A stretch of DNA of 64,000 nt, taken from assembly GCA_965231045.1 (NCBI GenBank), contig OZ246406.1, positions 116,295 through 180,294 on the forward strand, in the 5' to 3' direction. Positions 63,271 through 64,000 of this stretch are shown piece by piece. The notes beneath the pieces were generated by a model. That model saw nothing but the letters and a program-made list of their open reading frames with translations, made no database searches and was not told where the DNA came from. The translations under genes and the position numbers were made by a program. Position 1 is the stretch's first letter; each line of letters opens with the position of its first letter. This DNA comes from an uncultured Candidatus Saccharibacteria bacterium. GTDB lineage: Bacteria > Patescibacteriota > Saccharimonadia > Saccharimonadales > JAGQNJ01.

Positions 63271-64000
63271 TTAGCTTGCCAGTGTAGCGGCGAATATTTG
63301 CCAAGCTAGCAAAGATTTGGCCACGAAACTTAGAATGATATAGGCCTTTTCACCGCGTATATAGTTGGCCCACTTGCCTTTTGCGCGGTATTGCTTGTAC
63401 TGAACGAGCGCAAAGCAATTAAAGAATACAAACAGTGAGATGACAATCCCGTAGACAAAGCCCGGAGCCGAAGTACCTACAGGACCTTTTGGAGTAAGTA
63501 GCTGTATGAGTATGATCACCCAAGGAATTATTCCTGCAATACAACCAAATATAAACGGTAACCATTGGCCGTCGCCTGGCTCGGCATACTTTTCCTGAAG
63601 CCAACCAAATAAAATCATCGAAACATTGACTCCAAATATGGCTAGTAAGGCAGCGTAGTCACTAATGCCATTCAACTGAGCTATTAGGAATATCATTACT
63701 GACGAGCTGATTGAGTATTCAACCCACCGAAAAATATTACGATTGTGTTTTAGCCCTTCTGAATATTTAGGGAAAAACTTTCTGGATGACACAATAAAGT
63801 GAAACAGCGCGGATAGTCCAAAGAACAGAGCGATTGTGTAACTTACGTTATTGCTAAACAGCAGTACGGGGTTTGTGAAGGTTGATCCTGGAGGTCCGGT
63901 CATGTAGGTTGCCGTGACAGGCAATGAGAAATTATTAGAAAGTGTTACTACGGCAATTAGCGAAGCTAGGTGTACTAGCCCAGCTGCAATGTTCCATGTT
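63271..64000 (-). CDS. Heliorhodopsin (N-terminus outside the window)
   Basis: The frame stays open to base 64000 (...TWNIAAGLVHLASLIAVVTLSNNFSLPVTATYMTGPPG). It carries His in GLVHLAS, His in ALFHFIVS, RWVEYSISSSVM, and S-x3-K in SFVAKSLLAWQIF, which are the positions of the key HeR residues. Confidence 0.8.
   Translation of the reverse strand, partial: TWNIAAGLVHLASLIAVVTLSNNFSLPVTATYMTGPPGSTFTNPVLLFSNNVSYTIALFFGLSALFHFIVSSRKFFPKYSEGLKHNRNIFRWVEYSISSSVMIFLIAQLNGISDYAALLAIFGVNVSMILFGWLQEKYAEPGDGQWLPFIFGCIAGIIPWVIILIQLLTPKGPVGTSAPGFVYGIVISLFVFFNCFALVQYKQYRAKGKWANYIRGEKAYIILSFVAKSLLAWQIFAATLAS

Noticed and set aside
1-64000. Searched for CRISPR arrays, IS elements or transposases, integrases, reverse transcriptase/DGR template-variable repeat pairs, and rRNA genes.
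   Set aside because: None found. There are no regularly spaced short direct repeats, no recombinase or reverse-transcriptase motifs in any tracked ORF, and no rRNA-like conserved stretches.

Overview
This is a gene-dense 64-kb chromosomal window with about 62 protein genes and 3 tRNAs. It has no rRNA, CRISPR array, transposase or integrase. The standard genetic code applies, because TGA acts as the stop in several ATGA gene overlaps. The gene content points to a monoderm, reduced-genome CPR/Patescibacteria organism, most likely Saccharibacteria/TM7, but this is inference only. Supporting genes include sortase, DUF3048, LysM-CHAP, PEGA, three two-component pairs, a TopA with Topo-C repeats, few biosynthetic genes and heliorhodopsin. 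Housekeeping genes recognised with confidence are topA, dprA, pth, der, gltX, xth, pyrH, guaB, ino1, an otsA-otsB fusion and umuDC. From 1.2 to 34 kb almost every gene is on the minus strand.

The observations most worth follow-up are:
1. A 2049-aa N-terminally anchored giant surface protein (38214-44363) is translationally coupled to its own MacB/FtsX-type ABC ATPase and permease. Its LamG-like domain appears to be split by 14 tandem blade-like repeats of about 51 aa.
2. An orphan, strongly structured RNA of about 325 nt lies at 6880-7205. It has its own near-consensus promoter and terminator, and I could not assign it to RNase P, tmRNA, SRP or 6S.
3. A 730-bp non-coding AT-rich gap sits at a convergent strand switch (499-1230). 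It is bracketed by a perfect 16-nt direct repeat resembling the XerC arm of dif, so it may be a terminus/dif site or a Xer-dependent insertion scar.
4. A segment next to tRNA-Glu (13.8-18.3 kb) carries umuD-umuC plus a HEAR-repeat protein and unknown genes.
5. A 113-nt element after tRNA-Ser re-uses both acceptor-stem strands of that tRNA.
6. A heliorhodopsin gene is truncated at the right edge of the window.

All functional calls come from motif recognition by eye. No database search was run.
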